64,000 nucleotides of DNA. Origin: Candidatus Chisholmbacteria bacterium (GTDB lineage Bacteria > Patescibacteriota > Microgenomatia > UBA1400 > Chisholmbacteraceae). The stretch lies in the NCBI GenBank assembly GCA_963704905.1, contig CAVPHZ010000001.1, positions 1,089 through 65,088 of the forward strand, in the 5' to 3' direction. The notes beneath the pieces are model-generated. The model searched no databases. It was not told the DNA's origin and was given only the letters and a program-made list of their open reading frames with translations. Below, in pieces: positions 28,342 to 39,111 of the stretch. The position numbers and the translations under genes are program-made. Every line of letters starts with the position of its first letter. Position 1 is the first letter of the stretch.

Positions 28342-28345
28342 ACAG

Positions 28346-30742
28346 CTACTTCTTTAAGGCTATTTTTAACACCTCATCCATGTGGGAAACGAAGTGGAAT
28401 TTGAGGTCATTTTTTACATGCTCGGGTATGTCCACTAAATCTTTTTTGTTGTTTTTAGGTAAGATTATCTCTTTCAAGCCTCCTCGGTGAGCGGCAATGA
28501 TTTTTTCCTTTAGTCCTCCAATTTCCAACACTCTTCCCCGAAGTGTAACTTCTCCGGTCATCCCTACCTCTCGTCTGGTTGGCTTTTTGGTGAGCGCTGA
28601 CACGAGTGCAGTGGTAATCGTCACTCCTGCAGAGGGACCGTCTTTGGGAACTGCTCCCTCAGGAACGTGTATGTGAACGTCAATTGACTTATGAAAACCC
28701 TGATTAAGCTTTAGCTCTTTCCATCTGCTTCGAACATAGGAGAGTGCGGCCTGACCTGATTCCTTCATGACTTCTCCGAGTTTTCCCGTGAGAATAAGTT
28801 TTCCTTTTCCTGGCATCAGTGCAACTTCAACGAAGAGAATGTCTCCACCCGCTTGGGTATATGCAAGTCCTGTGGCTAGTCCAATTTCATCTTTTTTCTC
28901 AGCCAGTGTCTCTGAGAATTTCTCTGGTCCGAGATAGTCGCTTAGGGTATCTTTTGTAATAGATACTTTTCCTTTTTTTCCTTCGGCAACTTTCCGAGCA
29001 ACTTTTCTGCTTACCTTAGAAAGTTCCCGTTCAAGATTGCGGACCCCAGCTTCTCGTGTATAGCGCTGAATGATCTTTCGTAGTATTGTTATTGGGATTA
29101 ATATCTGCTTCTGGTTCAAACCATTGGCTCCAAGCACTTTGTCGATAAGATGGCGTTTGGCGATATGAAATTTTTCATCTTCTGTATATCCGGAAAAACG
29201 AATGATTTCCAAGCGGTCTCTCAGCGCCGGGGGGATAGTATCTAAAACATTGGCTGTGGTAATAAAGGTCACTTCACTGAGATCAAACGGAACCTCAAGA
29301 TAGTGATCTGAAAATTCTTTATTTTGCTCTGGATCAAGAGCTTCCAGAAGAGCAGAGGATGGATCCCCACGGAAATCCGCTCCAACTTTGTCAATTTCAT
29401 CTAACATAAATACCGGATTTTTGCTTCCTGATGTGCGAATCCCTTGAATAATTCTTCCTGGCATAGCTCCTACATATGTTCTTCTGTGCCCACGAATTTC
29501 TGCTTCGTCACGTATTCCTCCAAGTGACATTTTAATGAATTTTCTCTCGAGCGCTCGCGCAATTGAACGGCCGATTGACGTTTTTCCCACACCAGGTGGA
29601 CCTACAAAACATAAAATCGTCGGAGTAATTCTATCGTCCACTGCTTCTCCGTTTGCTTCCTCTTGTTTTTTTGCTTTCTTTTGGGATAACGTTTCTTTAA
29701 TTTTCAAAACTGCAAGATACTCGATGATTCTCTCTTTCACATCCTTGAGTGCGTAGTGGTCATCATCGAGAACTTTTTGTGCTTTCTTGAGTGATACTTT
29801 ATTGGTTGTACGTTTGCTCCAAGGCATCTCGACCATGGTTTCAAGCCAGGTTCTAATGTAACCGGCCTCAGGATTGTGGGCAGACATTTGCGTCAGTCGT
29901 TTGAGCTCTTTCACAGCTTTTTCTCTAGCCGTTTTCGGCATTTTTGCATCGACGATCTTCCTCTTTAACTGTTTGGCTTCTTCGTCATCTTCTGTCTCGT
30001 CGCCGAGTTCTTTTTGAATGGTCTTCATTCTCTCTCTTAGCACTGCTTCACGCATGCTTTTATCGAACTTCTTTTGGGTTTTGCTGGCAATCTTTCGTTC
30101 AATTTCCAGAATTTTAATTTCGTGGTTGAGATGATCGAGCGTCTGTTCAAGCCGGTCTTTTACATTTACGAGTTCGAGCAAGTGCTGTTTTTCTTCGGTC
30201 TTAATATCAAGAGTCGAAGCGATTTGATCTGCTAACTCGCTCGGCTTCACCTCACCCATAAGCTTCATAAAGCTTAAGAATTCGACCGACTTGCCTAAAT
30301 TGACTGCTTTTTTGAACTCGTTTACCAAATGCTTCACGACTGCCTCAAGTTCGTGTGAATCTTCTATAATCTCAGGCATAGCCGCAACCTCTGCAAGCAT
30401 GTGCTCTCCATTATCAGAAATGCTTTGAATGCGGACCCTGTTTAACCCCTTCACGATAGCGTTTACTTCACCATTTGATTTCAAGGTTTTTTCAATGAGA
30501 CAAAGGGTTCCAATTTTATAGACATCTTCTGAAGTTGGGTCTGAAAGTGAAGCGTTGCGCTGCGTAACAAATACGATTTGCCTGTTTGTTTGGAAAGCAG
30601 TTTTTACCCCCGCAATTGATTTTTTCCGACCAAAGACAAGTACTTGTTCAGTATGAGGGAATACTACTCCTTCTCGAATTGCTACCAGTGGTAGTCGGAG
30701 TGTATCTTTCGAATCTGGTGGTTTATTGAGTATGACTGCCAT
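28346..30742 (-). CDS. lon: ATP-dependent Lon protease
   Basis: GPPGVGKT, HRRTYVGAMPG, PKDGPSAG. Confidence 0.98.
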   Translation of the reverse strand: MAVILNKPPDSKDTLRLPLVAIREGVVFPHTEQVLVFGRKKSIAGVKTAFQTNRQIVFVTQRNASLSDPTSEDVYKIGTLCLIEKTLKSNGEVNAIVKGLNRVRIQSISDNGEHMLAEVAAMPEIIEDSHELEAVVKHLVNEFKKAVNLGKSVEFLSFMKLMGEVKPSELADQIASTLDIKTEEKQHLLELVNVKDRLEQTLDHLNHEIKILEIERKIASKTQKKFDKSMREAVLRERMKTIQKELGDETEDDEEAKQLKRKIVDAKMPKTAREKAVKELKRLTQMSAHNPEAGYIRTWLETMVEMPWSKRTTNKVSLKKAQKVLDDDHYALKDVKERIIEYLAVLKIKETLSQKKAKKQEEANGEAVDDRITPTILCFVGPPGVGKTSIGRSIARALERKFIKMSLGGIRDEAEIRGHRRTYVGAMPGRIIQGIRTSGSKNPVFMLDEIDKVGADFRGDPSSALLEALDPEQNKEFSDHYLEVPFDLSEVTFITTANVLDTIPPALRDRLEIIRFSGYTEDEKFHIAKRHLIDKVLGANGLNQKQILIPITILRKIIQRYTREAGVRNLERELSKVSRKVARKVAEGKKGKVSITKDTLSDYLGPEKFSETLAEKKDEIGLATGLAYTQAGGDILFVEVALMPGKGKLILTGKLGEVMKESGQAALSYVRSRWKELKLNQGFHKSIDVHIHVPEGAVPKDGPSAGVTITTALVSALTKKPTRREVGMTGEVTLRGRVLEIGGLKEKIIAAHRGGLKEIILPKNNKKDLVDIPEHVKNDLKFHFVSHMDEVLKIALKK

Positions 30743-30752
30743 ATTTTGAACT

Positions 30753-30786
30753 CTAGCAGTATAATTTATAGAGTGCTAATTGTCAA
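30753..30786 (-). promoter_or_regulatory. CIRCE (HrcA operator) overlapping the sigma70 promoter of lon
   Basis: CTAGCAGTA-N9-GAGTGCTAA at 30753-30779; minus-strand TTGACA(30786-30781)-17 nt-TATACT(30763-30758). Confidence 0.75.
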
Positions 30787-30880
30787 CCAATATTTTTTAT
30801 TATTTCTCCTCAAGAAGAATCGATTTATCCTAACATGCTCATGATTTATCTGCAAGAGAATGCATTCCTAGGAGAATTGC

Positions 30881-31345
30881 TTAGCGTCTCGATCTTGGTC
30901 TTATTTTATCTTTTGAGTCAATGATGATGGTTACCGGTCCGTCATTTACGAGCTCAACCTCCATATAATCACCAAATGAACCGGAGGAGACTTTGATGTC
31001 ATACTCTTTTAGCTCCTCAATAAACTGTTTATATAACTGGTTTGCTCTTTTGGGTTCTGCAGCGTCGATAAAGCTTGGCCTGTTTCCTTTTCTAGTACGT
31101 GCGTACAGGGTGAATTGAGATACTACAAGCACCTCACCACCTCCATCTATGAGAGTTTTGTTCATTAATCGATGTTCATCCTGCAATATACGAAGATTTG
31201 CTGTTTTTGTAGCTACATACTCTACGTCTTTCTTTGTATCCGAATGGGTCGCAGCAAACAAGACAAGGAACCCTTTTTTGATGGATGATTGCTTCTTTTC
31301 ACTTGTAACTGTAGCTCTAGATACTCTCTGAATGATCACCTTCAT
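30881..31345 (-). CDS. dtd: D-aminoacyl-tRNA deacylase
   Basis: IQRV, VSQFTL, KGNRPSF, NDGPVT. Confidence 0.95.
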   Translation of the reverse strand: MKVIIQRVSRATVTSEKKQSSIKKGFLVLFAATHSDTKKDVEYVATKTANLRILQDEHRLMNKTLIDGGGEVLVVSQFTLYARTRKGNRPSFIDAAEPKRANQLYKQFIEELKEYDIKVSSGSFGDYMEVELVNDGPVTIIIDSKDKIRPRSRR

Positions 31346-31468
31346 AGTGACTTTGACTCATAAAAATTATAGGCAGTTGATTATACCTCTCGATCATAGT
31401 GTTGTATGTATCAACTATCACAGTTGAAAACGTTGCATCAGACTCATTTTTTCTCTACCATATAGTAT

Positions 31469-32062
31469 ATGGCCTCGCAAAACATTCAGGACTCAATTAC
31501 TGAAAGATACCAACAAATTCAAGCGCTTTCCCCTTCTGATGAAACTGCAGATTTTGGTAATGAACCTTCTGTGCCAATTTCGACATTTTTAAGTTTATCA
31601 TTGTTTATATTTTTCTTTGTGGTCATCTTTTTAGGATTTCTTCCGCTCGTGCTTGAACGATTTCGAGACTTTAAACGATTTCAGATGGCATTGTTGCTGG
31701 CTTTTGTTGGTGCAGCTCTACCGCTTACAATGGGTCTGTTGTTTCAGAGAAGCGGTCTGTTGACAAGAGCATCCGTGGACGAAATGCCGCAGAATATACA
31801 GGTTTCCGTTGCTGATGATTCATTTCTTGTGCGCTGGGAGACACCTGGAGAGCAATTTGGTGCACTCCATTATGGTTTGCAGCCTTACTCATCGGCGCTC
31901 ACGGCCAATGTTTTGGAAATCGATGGTTTGGAAAAGTCTACTGATCATGAAGTTGTTGTAGAAGGACTTGAACCAAGTACGGATTACTACTTCGAAATTC
32001 TCTCAGGAGCACGGTGGTATAACAACCAAGGTGTTCTTCTGCATGTTATGACTTCTCCGTAA
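31469..32062 (+). CDS. Membrane protein with FN3/purple-acid-phosphatase-N-like domain
   Basis: Two TMs, VRWET..HEVVVEGLEPSTDYYF. Confidence 0.75.
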   Translation: MASQNIQDSITERYQQIQALSPSDETADFGNEPSVPISTFLSLSLFIFFFVVIFLGFLPLVLERFRDFKRFQMALLLAFVGAALPLTMGLLFQRSGLLTRASVDEMPQNIQVSVADDSFLVRWETPGEQFGALHYGLQPYSSALTANVLEIDGLEKSTDHEVVVEGLEPSTDYYFEILSGARWYNNQGVLLHVMTSP

Positions 32063-32069
32063 GAGATGT

Positions 32070-33356
32070 TCAACGGGCAAAGATAACTGCATTAGGAAGG
32101 CTCCTGCCAGGTCCCGCAAGATATCTGCCGTTGTAGTATAAGGCTGAAGATCCTCCACCATCTAAATTCATCGCGTGATCAACGCCAAGACTCATAAATA
32201 TTTCAGCAAGATCGGGCACAGAAGCACCTCGAGCTACCACAAGGTATGCTACCTTTCCTTTAATCCCTAACCCAGAGCGTGTTGATCTTGTCACTTTAAG
32301 GTAATCATTTAAAGAATCGCCATTACCTAACACGTTCTGCCCTCCTGAGACCAAAGCTGGATAATTCACTATTGCTGCCTTTAGATCACCAACACCCCCA
32401 AATGAGTTTGCGTCTTTAAAAAAGTACGGGTTTGATCCACCGTCAAATGCTATCATGGTTCTCCCATTCCAGAATAATGTTGTTCCGTTTATCCATCGAC
32501 TTTGCCTGGTGTTGAATAATCCGAAATCAAACGAGTTCACCTTCCCCGCACAAGTTGAGTAATCCTGAGGGCAAAAATAGGTACCATTGATACCTGCAAA
32601 CCCACCACTTTCCGCAATATATTGTGCAAGTGATTTGGTAGGACAATTATCAGAACAGTCATTTTCGTTGGCTGAATCAGTTATCACACGAACTCCATTG
32701 AGGTCAATTTTGACAAGATCGATGAGAAAAGACCCTTTGCTTGTCGATACTGAGATTCGTCCAGACCCTAGACCTGGTACAGATGTTGGGAGTTGGGCTG
32801 CCTGTGCTGCATGCTGTTTTGCTTCTTGCTCAGCAATAGAGGCAAGTCTGTCTTCAAGTAGTTTTTCTAGAAGTACGTTGATTTCGTTCAAGGTTGATCT
32901 TGCCTCCTCGTAGTTTCTTCCGAATATTTTTTCTAGAGCGTTTCCAAGTTTTTGCTCAGGTTCTTTGATATCGATACCTTGGCTTTCATAGTCAATCAAT
33001 TTCTGTTGACTAAACAGGTATGCGTCAATTGTTTCTTCAATTTCTTCTAACTTCTCTTGAGGTTCACTGTTTTGGAGTTTTGATAATTCTACTGCGATAG
33101 ACTCATTTGCCGTTCTTTCGCCTGTAATCACTGACTCAAGTTGTTTAACTTCATCTTCAAGTGATCGAGTGAACTGAGTACTTTGATTTCTTACCTGAAT
33201 TATTTCAGCAATTAACCCACCGACCATTACTAGGAGGAGAAGAATTACAATCGCATGTGTTCGGTTTGAGGGGATTTTTGATTTTAGTTTCGCAATTTGA
33301 AGTTTTTTACCCGTTACGCCCGCAAAAATATTTTTTAGTCTATCGACTGCAGGCAT
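32070..33356 (-). CDS. Phosphodiester glycosidase (NAGPA) family protein with coiled-coil stalk
   Basis: GINGTYF, RSGLG, AMNLDGGGSS. Confidence 0.88.
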   Translation of the reverse strand: MPAVDRLKNIFAGVTGKKLQIAKLKSKIPSNRTHAIVILLLLVMVGGLIAEIIQVRNQSTQFTRSLEDEVKQLESVITGERTANESIAVELSKLQNSEPQEKLEEIEETIDAYLFSQQKLIDYESQGIDIKEPEQKLGNALEKIFGRNYEEARSTLNEINVLLEKLLEDRLASIAEQEAKQHAAQAAQLPTSVPGLGSGRISVSTSKGSFLIDLVKIDLNGVRVITDSANENDCSDNCPTKSLAQYIAESGGFAGINGTYFCPQDYSTCAGKVNSFDFGLFNTRQSRWINGTTLFWNGRTMIAFDGGSNPYFFKDANSFGGVGDLKAAIVNYPALVSGGQNVLGNGDSLNDYLKVTRSTRSGLGIKGKVAYLVVARGASVPDLAEIFMSLGVDHAMNLDGGGSSALYYNGRYLAGPGRSLPNAVIFAR

Positions 33357-33395
33357 AGTAGTCTCGCTTCGCTATTACTACAAAATCAAGTTGAT

Positions 33396-33764
33396 TTATG
33401 CCTTGATCTTGCTCATTGCTTCTTTTACAAGCTCTTCCGGTGTGTATTCTTGCTTGCTTAAAAATGCAGCCGCACCAAGTTCAAGAGCTTTTTTTGGATT
33501 TTCACCTTGATCGTAATTACTCATCACAACAACAGGTGTATCGGTCATTTCTTCATCTTCTTTCAATTCCTTGAGCACTGTCAGGCCAATTTTCTCAGGC
33601 AAGATGACATCCATTAAAATGAGGTCAGGTTTCTCTTGCTTGGCAAGCTCAAGTCCTTTTTTGCCATCATTTGCTATATGCACTTTTGCACCGAGCAGCT
33701 CGAGCTCAGTTGTATATAAGTTGACAAGATTCTTGTCGTCCTCAATAAGTACTACTTTTACCAT
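33396..33764 (-). CDS. Single-domain response regulator
   Basis: IEDD, PDLILMD, K in FLSK. Confidence 0.92.
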   Translation of the reverse strand: MVKVVLIEDDKNLVNLYTTELELLGAKVHIANDGKKGLELAKQEKPDLILMDVILPEKIGLTVLKELKEDEEMTDTPVVVMSNYDQGENPKKALELGAAAFLSKQEYTPEELVKEAMSKIKA

Positions 33765-33815
33765 AACTAACTCCTTCTGATGAAGCGTAGCATACTCATC
33801 AATTCTCTTTCAAGG

Positions 33816-35468
33816 TTATTTCTTCAGTGGAAGTGTAAATGAAAAGGTCGATCCTTTACCCTCTTGAGATTCAACCCAGATTTTTCCCCCATGTGCCTCG
33901 ATGATACCTTTGGCAACCACCAATCCTAGTCCTGTCCCCTCTGCAGTTCGTGGTTTATTGGTGGTGAGCTGAGCAAATTTGGAAAACAATCTGCTTTGCT
34001 CTTCGGATTTCATGCCATTACCTGTGTCTTTTATTGAGATGGTGGCTTCGTTCTCATTTTTAGAAAGTTTTATTGTGATACTTCCCTTTTCTGTAAATTT
34101 AATTGCATTACTTAATAAATTCGTTAACACTTGACCAATACGAGATGGATCAAAGATTCCTTTTACCTTCTCTGCTTCAATTTCTGTTGTTATTTTGAGA
34201 TTCTTCTCCTCTGTAAGTGGTGTAAATTCGCTGACTTTAAGTTCGATGAGTTTCACGATGTCAGCCTCAGTTTTGTCTATCTGCATTTTTTCTGCTTCAA
34301 TTTTTGCAACATCGAGTAAGTCATTCACAATGGCGAGCATGTTCTCGCTGCTATTTTTTATCATGGTGAGGTATTCATTTTTCTTTTCTTCTGGAAAACC
34401 TTCCTTATGTGACATAATTGCGCTGCTTGCACCTTTGACTGCGGTCAGAGGAGCGCGAAGCTCATGAACCATCATTGCTATAAAATCCTCACGAAGACGT
34501 TCAAGTTCTTTTTCTTTTGATATGTCATGAAAAACCATTACCACACCGATGAGTTTCTCTCGCTTATCGCTCACTGGTGAAATGAGGACCCGTACTGCAG
34601 TGTCGCTGAGTACGAGTTCCTCGATAATTTTCGACTCTTGGGATTTCAGTACTTCATCGACTTCTCTAGGAACATTTAATTTTCCTCCAAGGACATCGAC
34701 CAAGTCATAGAGCGTTGGATCTTCATCTTTAATGCCGAGCAAATATATGGCAGCGGGATTAATCAACTGGAGCTCTGATTCACGATCGATCATAATCACA
34801 CCGTCCGGCATAGAGTGAAGCATGGACGACATTTTGCCTTGCTCTATTTCTAAAACGTGTCTGAGTTTTGAAACTGCGGTTGACGCCTGATTGACGATAC
34901 GATAAAGAATTGTGGTTTCTCCCACTTGATACTTCCCTGGAATTTTTGAAGCGATATTCATGAGTCCTGCCAGTTTGTCATTGATTACAACTGGAATGTT
35001 GAAGTACGATCCGATTTCTTGTTCAACTTGGTCATCGACAAAGGTTCCGGTGGTGATTTCTTCGATAGGATTTTGTCGAACTTGATACCCTAATGCTTCG
35101 ACAGAGGCAAACATGCTTTCTCTCATCGTGTCAATGAATTTTTGATTCACGGATTCTTTCAGATGGATTTTTAAAACACTTTTATCTTTATTGAGAAGGA
35201 TTGAACTTACAGTTGAATATGAGAAAAGTCTCCCTATTGAACTGGTGATGACGTCAATTATTTTCTCCTCATTTAATTCATAGCCAAATCTCTCTCCGAG
35301 TTCTCGCAGTATTTCTGCTTCATATGCCTCTTTTTTGAGTTCACCTTCACGAGCACGTAATTTTTGTTTTGCGATTTTTTCTTTTTGTATTGACTGTGAA
35401 ATGAGAAAACCACCTCCAGCGAGGATGAGCGGAAAAAGTATTGCGGCGAGGAGAATGGGCAGTTCCAT
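33816..35468 (-). CDS. Sensor histidine kinase (TM-GAF-PAS-HisKA-HATPase)
   Basis: [27 protein letters not shown]. Confidence 0.95.
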   Translation of the reverse strand: MELPILLAAILFPLILAGGGFLISQSIQKEKIAKQKLRAREGELKKEAYEAEILRELGERFGYELNEEKIIDVITSSIGRLFSYSTVSSILLNKDKSVLKIHLKESVNQKFIDTMRESMFASVEALGYQVRQNPIEEITTGTFVDDQVEQEIGSYFNIPVVINDKLAGLMNIASKIPGKYQVGETTILYRIVNQASTAVSKLRHVLEIEQGKMSSMLHSMPDGVIMIDRESELQLINPAAIYLLGIKDEDPTLYDLVDVLGGKLNVPREVDEVLKSQESKIIEELVLSDTAVRVLISPVSDKREKLIGVVMVFHDISKEKELERLREDFIAMMVHELRAPLTAVKGASSAIMSHKEGFPEEKKNEYLTMIKNSSENMLAIVNDLLDVAKIEAEKMQIDKTEADIVKLIELKVSEFTPLTEEKNLKITTEIEAEKVKGIFDPSRIGQVLTNLLSNAIKFTEKGSITIKLSKNENEATISIKDTGNGMKSEEQSRLFSKFAQLTTNKPRTAEGTGLGLVVAKGIIEAHGGKIWVESQEGKGSTFSFTLPLKK

Positions 35469-35485
35469 GATTATAAATTACACAT

Positions 35486-35782
35486 TTATTGAAGTACGCG
35501 CTTTTGAATGTCGCTTAAGAAATTCGGATAATATCGACTGATAGCTGTGAAATCAAATTCCTTGAGAAGATCTTCTTTTGGTTCTTGCTCTAGTAAAAAT
35601 TCGAACGACTTTTTGAGTAGTACTTCAGGCTTAATATGACCTTTCGTCAAGCGAATATGATCGGTTCTATTCAAACTTACCTTGTGCTCGGTTTGAGAGT
35701 TATTATTTTTCACGATCACCTGAAACACCATTACTTGGTTTTCAGCTATTTTTGTAACGATAATTTCTAATCCAGTTCCCAT
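35486..35782 (-). CDS. Conserved hypothetical protein
   Basis: SFEFLLEQEPKE..L..FD...ISRYYP. Confidence 0.7.
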   Translation of the reverse strand: MGTGLEIIVTKIAENQVMVFQVIVKNNNSQTEHKVSLNRTDHIRLTKGHIKPEVLLKKSFEFLLEQEPKEDLLKEFDFTAISRYYPNFLSDIQKRVLQ

Positions 35783-35849
35783 GCACTTAAGTATCGCACA
35801 CCTGCATTCGTAATGGCAATGGATGCCATGGTGTATGATAAATCACGAT

Positions 35850-36704
35850 ATGAATACAGCAGAGCCTTATAAAGCAGGAAAAGTAGCCATTGTCGGTAGG
35901 CCAAATGTGGGAAAATCGACACTCCTTAACGCCCTGGTTTTACATAAAGTGGCTATCGTTTCCCCAAAACCACAAACTACTCGATCTCAGATTGTAGCTC
36001 ATTTGGAAGAGGAGCGAGGACAACTATTTTTTTTAGATACACCTGGCTATTATTCAACCCGGTCAGGAGCTACACATTTCAATGCACTTGTTTCCCATAC
36101 GATAGAAGAGGCGGATGTGGTTATCTATGTTGTGGATCATACTCGAGACTGGGGTCAAGAAGAGGAAAAGATTTGGAACATGATTCAAGCTAGTGAAAAG
36201 CCGGTTATTCTGGCAATTAATAAGACTGATATTACCTCCCCGACATATAAAGATTCCTATATTGCACTTCTTAAACCTCATGTTCAGGAAGTTGTGGAAG
36301 TTTCTGCGCAGCGAGAAACACATATCAAATCACTTATCAACCTTCTGTTTACATACTTACCTCTAGGAGAGCGGGATGATTCTGTTGATTATTTTCCAAC
36401 GCCCTTGCTCTCTCAGGATAGTAAAGAATACCTCGCTGAGTTAGTTCGGGAGAAGATCTATCAGCTTACTGGACAAGAAGTTCCATACCAAACGAGCGTA
36501 CGCATAGAATCGGTCGAAGAAGATGATGAGAAAAATACTTTACTTGTTAAAGGAAAAATTCTCGTTTCTGATAAACGATATAAACCAATGTTAATTGGCA
36601 AACAAGGTAGAAAGATTAACGAAATAAAAAGTGCGGTTCGAAAAGAACTCCATGTTGCAACTGGAAAGTCTATATCTGTATCTCTCCAGGTAGATGTTGA
36701 GTAA
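35850..36704 (+). CDS. era: GTPase Era
   Basis: GRPNVGKST, PQTTR, DTPG, NKTD, KH domain IGKQG. Confidence 0.95.
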   Translation: MNTAEPYKAGKVAIVGRPNVGKSTLLNALVLHKVAIVSPKPQTTRSQIVAHLEEERGQLFFLDTPGYYSTRSGATHFNALVSHTIEEADVVIYVVDHTRDWGQEEEKIWNMIQASEKPVILAINKTDITSPTYKDSYIALLKPHVQEVVEVSAQRETHIKSLINLLFTYLPLGERDDSVDYFPTPLLSQDSKEYLAELVREKIYQLTGQEVPYQTSVRIESVEEDDEKNTLLVKGKILVSDKRYKPMLIGKQGRKINEIKSAVRKELHVATGKSISVSLQVDVE

Positions 36705-36934
36705 GAGTCAACGACAGTTATTTATTTCAATTTCCGGTACTTGTCTTAAAGCTCTCTTGTATTCAGATTCTATTTGAACTTTATTAGTGGAACTGGGAGT
36801 ACGCAAGGAATCAACCCTAAGGACATTTGAAAAGAGCGTAATAGAAAATTGATAGAATGCTATTATCAATATTATAAATAGTAATACTTGTACCCCGCCG
36901 TTGTTTTCATTATCAGCAGGGCTTTCTGCAATTC

Positions 36935-37501
36935 TTATATGTTATTCGTATTTTCTAAAATCTCATCGAGATCTCCGCCATTCCATTTTTGAATTTCGTT
37001 TCCCTGCGCATCAACTTGCACAAAGGTATGTTGGCTTACAATGCCGTATTTTTTCTTGAGTGTTGATTCTTTATCATAATCAGTCTTGAGAATAGTAAGA
37101 CCTGCTGGGATTTCATCGAGACGACTTGTAATGTCTTGCTCGGCTGCTCGGCAAAACGGACACCAGGTCGCGTGGAAAAAGAGAACGGCCGTACCATTAT
37201 TAGCTGTGGCCTGCGTAAGATTTTCCTGCGAGTATTTGACATATTCACCTGCTGAACCACTTTTCATCATCGCATCGCCATTCGTATCCATAGCGTTGTC
37301 TTCATGATCACCTGATGTTGCGTCTCCATTTGGGGTTTGTGCCATTTTACTGTCACTGCCATTTTCAGTACTTGTGCTTGGTTGTGATGTGCTCGTTAAC
37401 GTCTGTGTGTCCGAGGCTGTTTTTGACGCATTCAGCACAAATATTCCACCGATACCAAGAACTGCAACAAGACCAATGACTATTAATACACCTTTATTCA
37501 T
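36935..37501 (-). CDS. Membrane-anchored thioredoxin family protein
   Basis: TM, low-complexity linker, HATWCPFC, QHTFVQVD. Confidence 0.85.
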   Translation of the reverse strand: MNKGVLIVIGLVAVLGIGGIFVLNASKTASDTQTLTSTSQPSTSTENGSDSKMAQTPNGDATSGDHEDNAMDTNGDAMMKSGSAGEYVKYSQENLTQATANNGTAVLFFHATWCPFCRAAEQDITSRLDEIPAGLTILKTDYDKESTLKKKYGIVSQHTFVQVDAQGNEIQKWNGGDLDEILENTNNI

Positions 37502-37716
37502 AATTCTACTCACCTCCTTTCGAAAATTTGTTCAATTATTCTTCTTAATATTCGCATTGTACTTTTTTTTGCAGCGGAATATTGTGCCATAGATGACATC
37601 TTTACGTATTCATAGTTTTGAGTTAGAAGTATCTCACGTACCTTCAAATCCAGTGGAGCAATTTCCTGTTTTTTTCTTCAAATCTGGTATGTTTAGATTA
37701 TAGGGAAGGAATATCG

Positions 37717-38040
37717 ATGACACCAATTTATGCACAATCAGTTAATGTTGATAAGCCTATTGGCTTTCAAATCACTGATATTGGTACGCTCGTAAGCGGA
37801 ACGATTGGTGTCGCTTTTTTAATCACTGGAATCATCATTTTTGGATTTATTGTCTTCGGCGGCATACTCATGATCACTTCGTCAGGAGATAAGACTCAAA
37901 CCGAACGGGGAAGAAATGCAATCTCTGGAGCTTTGGTTGGATTAGGTATCGTTGCAGCTGCGTGGGCGATCATGTTGTTGGTTAATTACTTCTTTGGCGT
38001 GAATTTTACCGGCTCGCTTTCGCTTCCGACGTTTTACTAA
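37717..38040 (+). CDS. CPR-type pilin (TrbC/VirB2-like)
   Basis: GG..MITSSGD.......A...ALVGL.I...AW. Confidence 0.75.
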   Translation: MTPIYAQSVNVDKPIGFQITDIGTLVSGTIGVAFLITGIIIFGFIVFGGILMITSSGDKTQTERGRNAISGALVGLGIVAAAWAIMLLVNYFFGVNFTGSLSLPTFY

Positions 38041-38367
38041 CTTCCCAGGAGAATATCACTCATATCTGCTGTCATGTCTGCAAGACGCGCCAATTCAGAT
38101 GGCGTCATTTCACGGACTTCATCAACAGTTAGTCCACATAATAATGCATCAGATTGCTCCCAGACGGTTAATTTCCTATGCCCAATTGGCGCTTCTGGCT
38201 CTTGCGAAGGGACGTTTGGTTGCAATTCTGATAATGCCATGATCATAAAATACATGGTTGTCTCGATTTTTTCAAGAGAATGCAGTATATCTGGTAAAAT
38301 AATTCAGCTGACGCTATTGCCGGGTGTTTACACTGAACAATGTGAACACATTTTATAAAGCATGTAA

Positions 38368-38441
38368 TGCCGGGTGGTGAAATGGTATCACGGCTGGCTC
38401 TGAACCAGTTATTCTAGGTTCGAATCCTAGCCCGGCAGCCA
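38368..38441 (+). tRNA. tRNA-Gln (anticodon CTG), CCA encoded
   Basis: Acceptor TGCCGGG/CCCGGCA, D stem GTGA/TCAC, anticodon stem GCTGG/CCAGT with loop CTCTGAA, T arm CTAGG-TTCGAAT-CCTAG. Confidence 0.97.
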
Positions 38442-38505
38442 AATCGCGAACTCGGATTCGAACCTTCGTATTTCCATAATTGAAAAAGTATAAATTAAAG
38501 CATAA

Positions 38506-38527
38506 TATATGAACATGGGTTCATATA
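38506..38527. promoter_or_regulatory. Putative ArsR operator overlapping the arsR start
   Basis: TATATGAAC-ATGG-GTTCATATA perfect 9-bp inverted repeat. Confidence 0.65.
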
Positions 38528-38787
38528 ATTGCTGTGTTCCAGAAACCAAAGAGTTTACACAAGTAAGTTCTCTATCAACACTGTTAAAGTTGGTAGGTGA
38601 GGAAAGTAGGTTGAAGCTTCTGTGCCTGCTTCATCAAGGAGAGCATTGTGTGTGTGAAATGCTAGAGCACTTTGACATGTCGCAAAGTTTGGTGTCGCAT
38701 CATTTGTCGGATTTAAAGGAAGCTGGATTAGTGAGCATCCGAAAAGATGGAAGACAAGTACATTACTCACTTACTGCCAAGAGGTGA
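38509..38787 (+). CDS. ArsR/SmtB metalloregulator (C-terminus possibly frameshifted)
   Basis: N-terminal CC, EHCVCE, SQSLVSHHL..LK..GLV. Confidence 0.9.
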   Translation: MNMGSYNCCVPETKEFTQVSSLSTLLKLVGEESRLKLLCLLHQGEHCVCEMLEHFDMSQSLVSHHLSDLKEAGLVSIRKDGRQVHYSLTAKR

Positions 38788-38829
38788 TAAAGTTACTAAT
38801 TCGATATTTTCTATGTGAGAGGAAAAGAT

Positions 38830-39111
38830 ATGAAAATCCAGGTTTTAGGTTCAGGTTGTACTACCTGTAAAAAGTTGTATGAAACTACCAAAGAAGCAGT
38901 TAAGGACATGGAAGGTGAATATGAAGTTGAATATGTCACTGGAACAGATGGCACTCAGAAAATAATCGAGCTAGGTGCTATGAATAGTCCGGTACTGGCA
39001 GTAAATGACCAAATTGCTATGACTGGTTTTACTCCCGACTTAAGAAGATTCAAGACAAAATTAAGAAACTTACCTAATGGATATTTTCGCCCCAATTCAA
39101 GCCTTGTCTGA
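38830..39111 (+). CDS. Thioredoxin-like redox-active disulfide protein 2 (C-terminus probably frameshifted)
   Basis: MKIQVLGSGCTTC..SPVLAVN. Confidence 0.85.
   Translation: MKIQVLGSGCTTCKKLYETTKEAVKDMEGEYEVEYVTGTDGTQKIIELGAMNSPVLAVNDQIAMTGFTPDLRRFKTKLRNLPNGYFRPNSSLV

Noticed and set aside
37547-37583. ATATTCGCAT half-site similar to the ArsR-YHS operator upstream of the thioredoxin gene
   Set aside because: The second half-site is not at the 6-nt spacing seen at 58407-58426.
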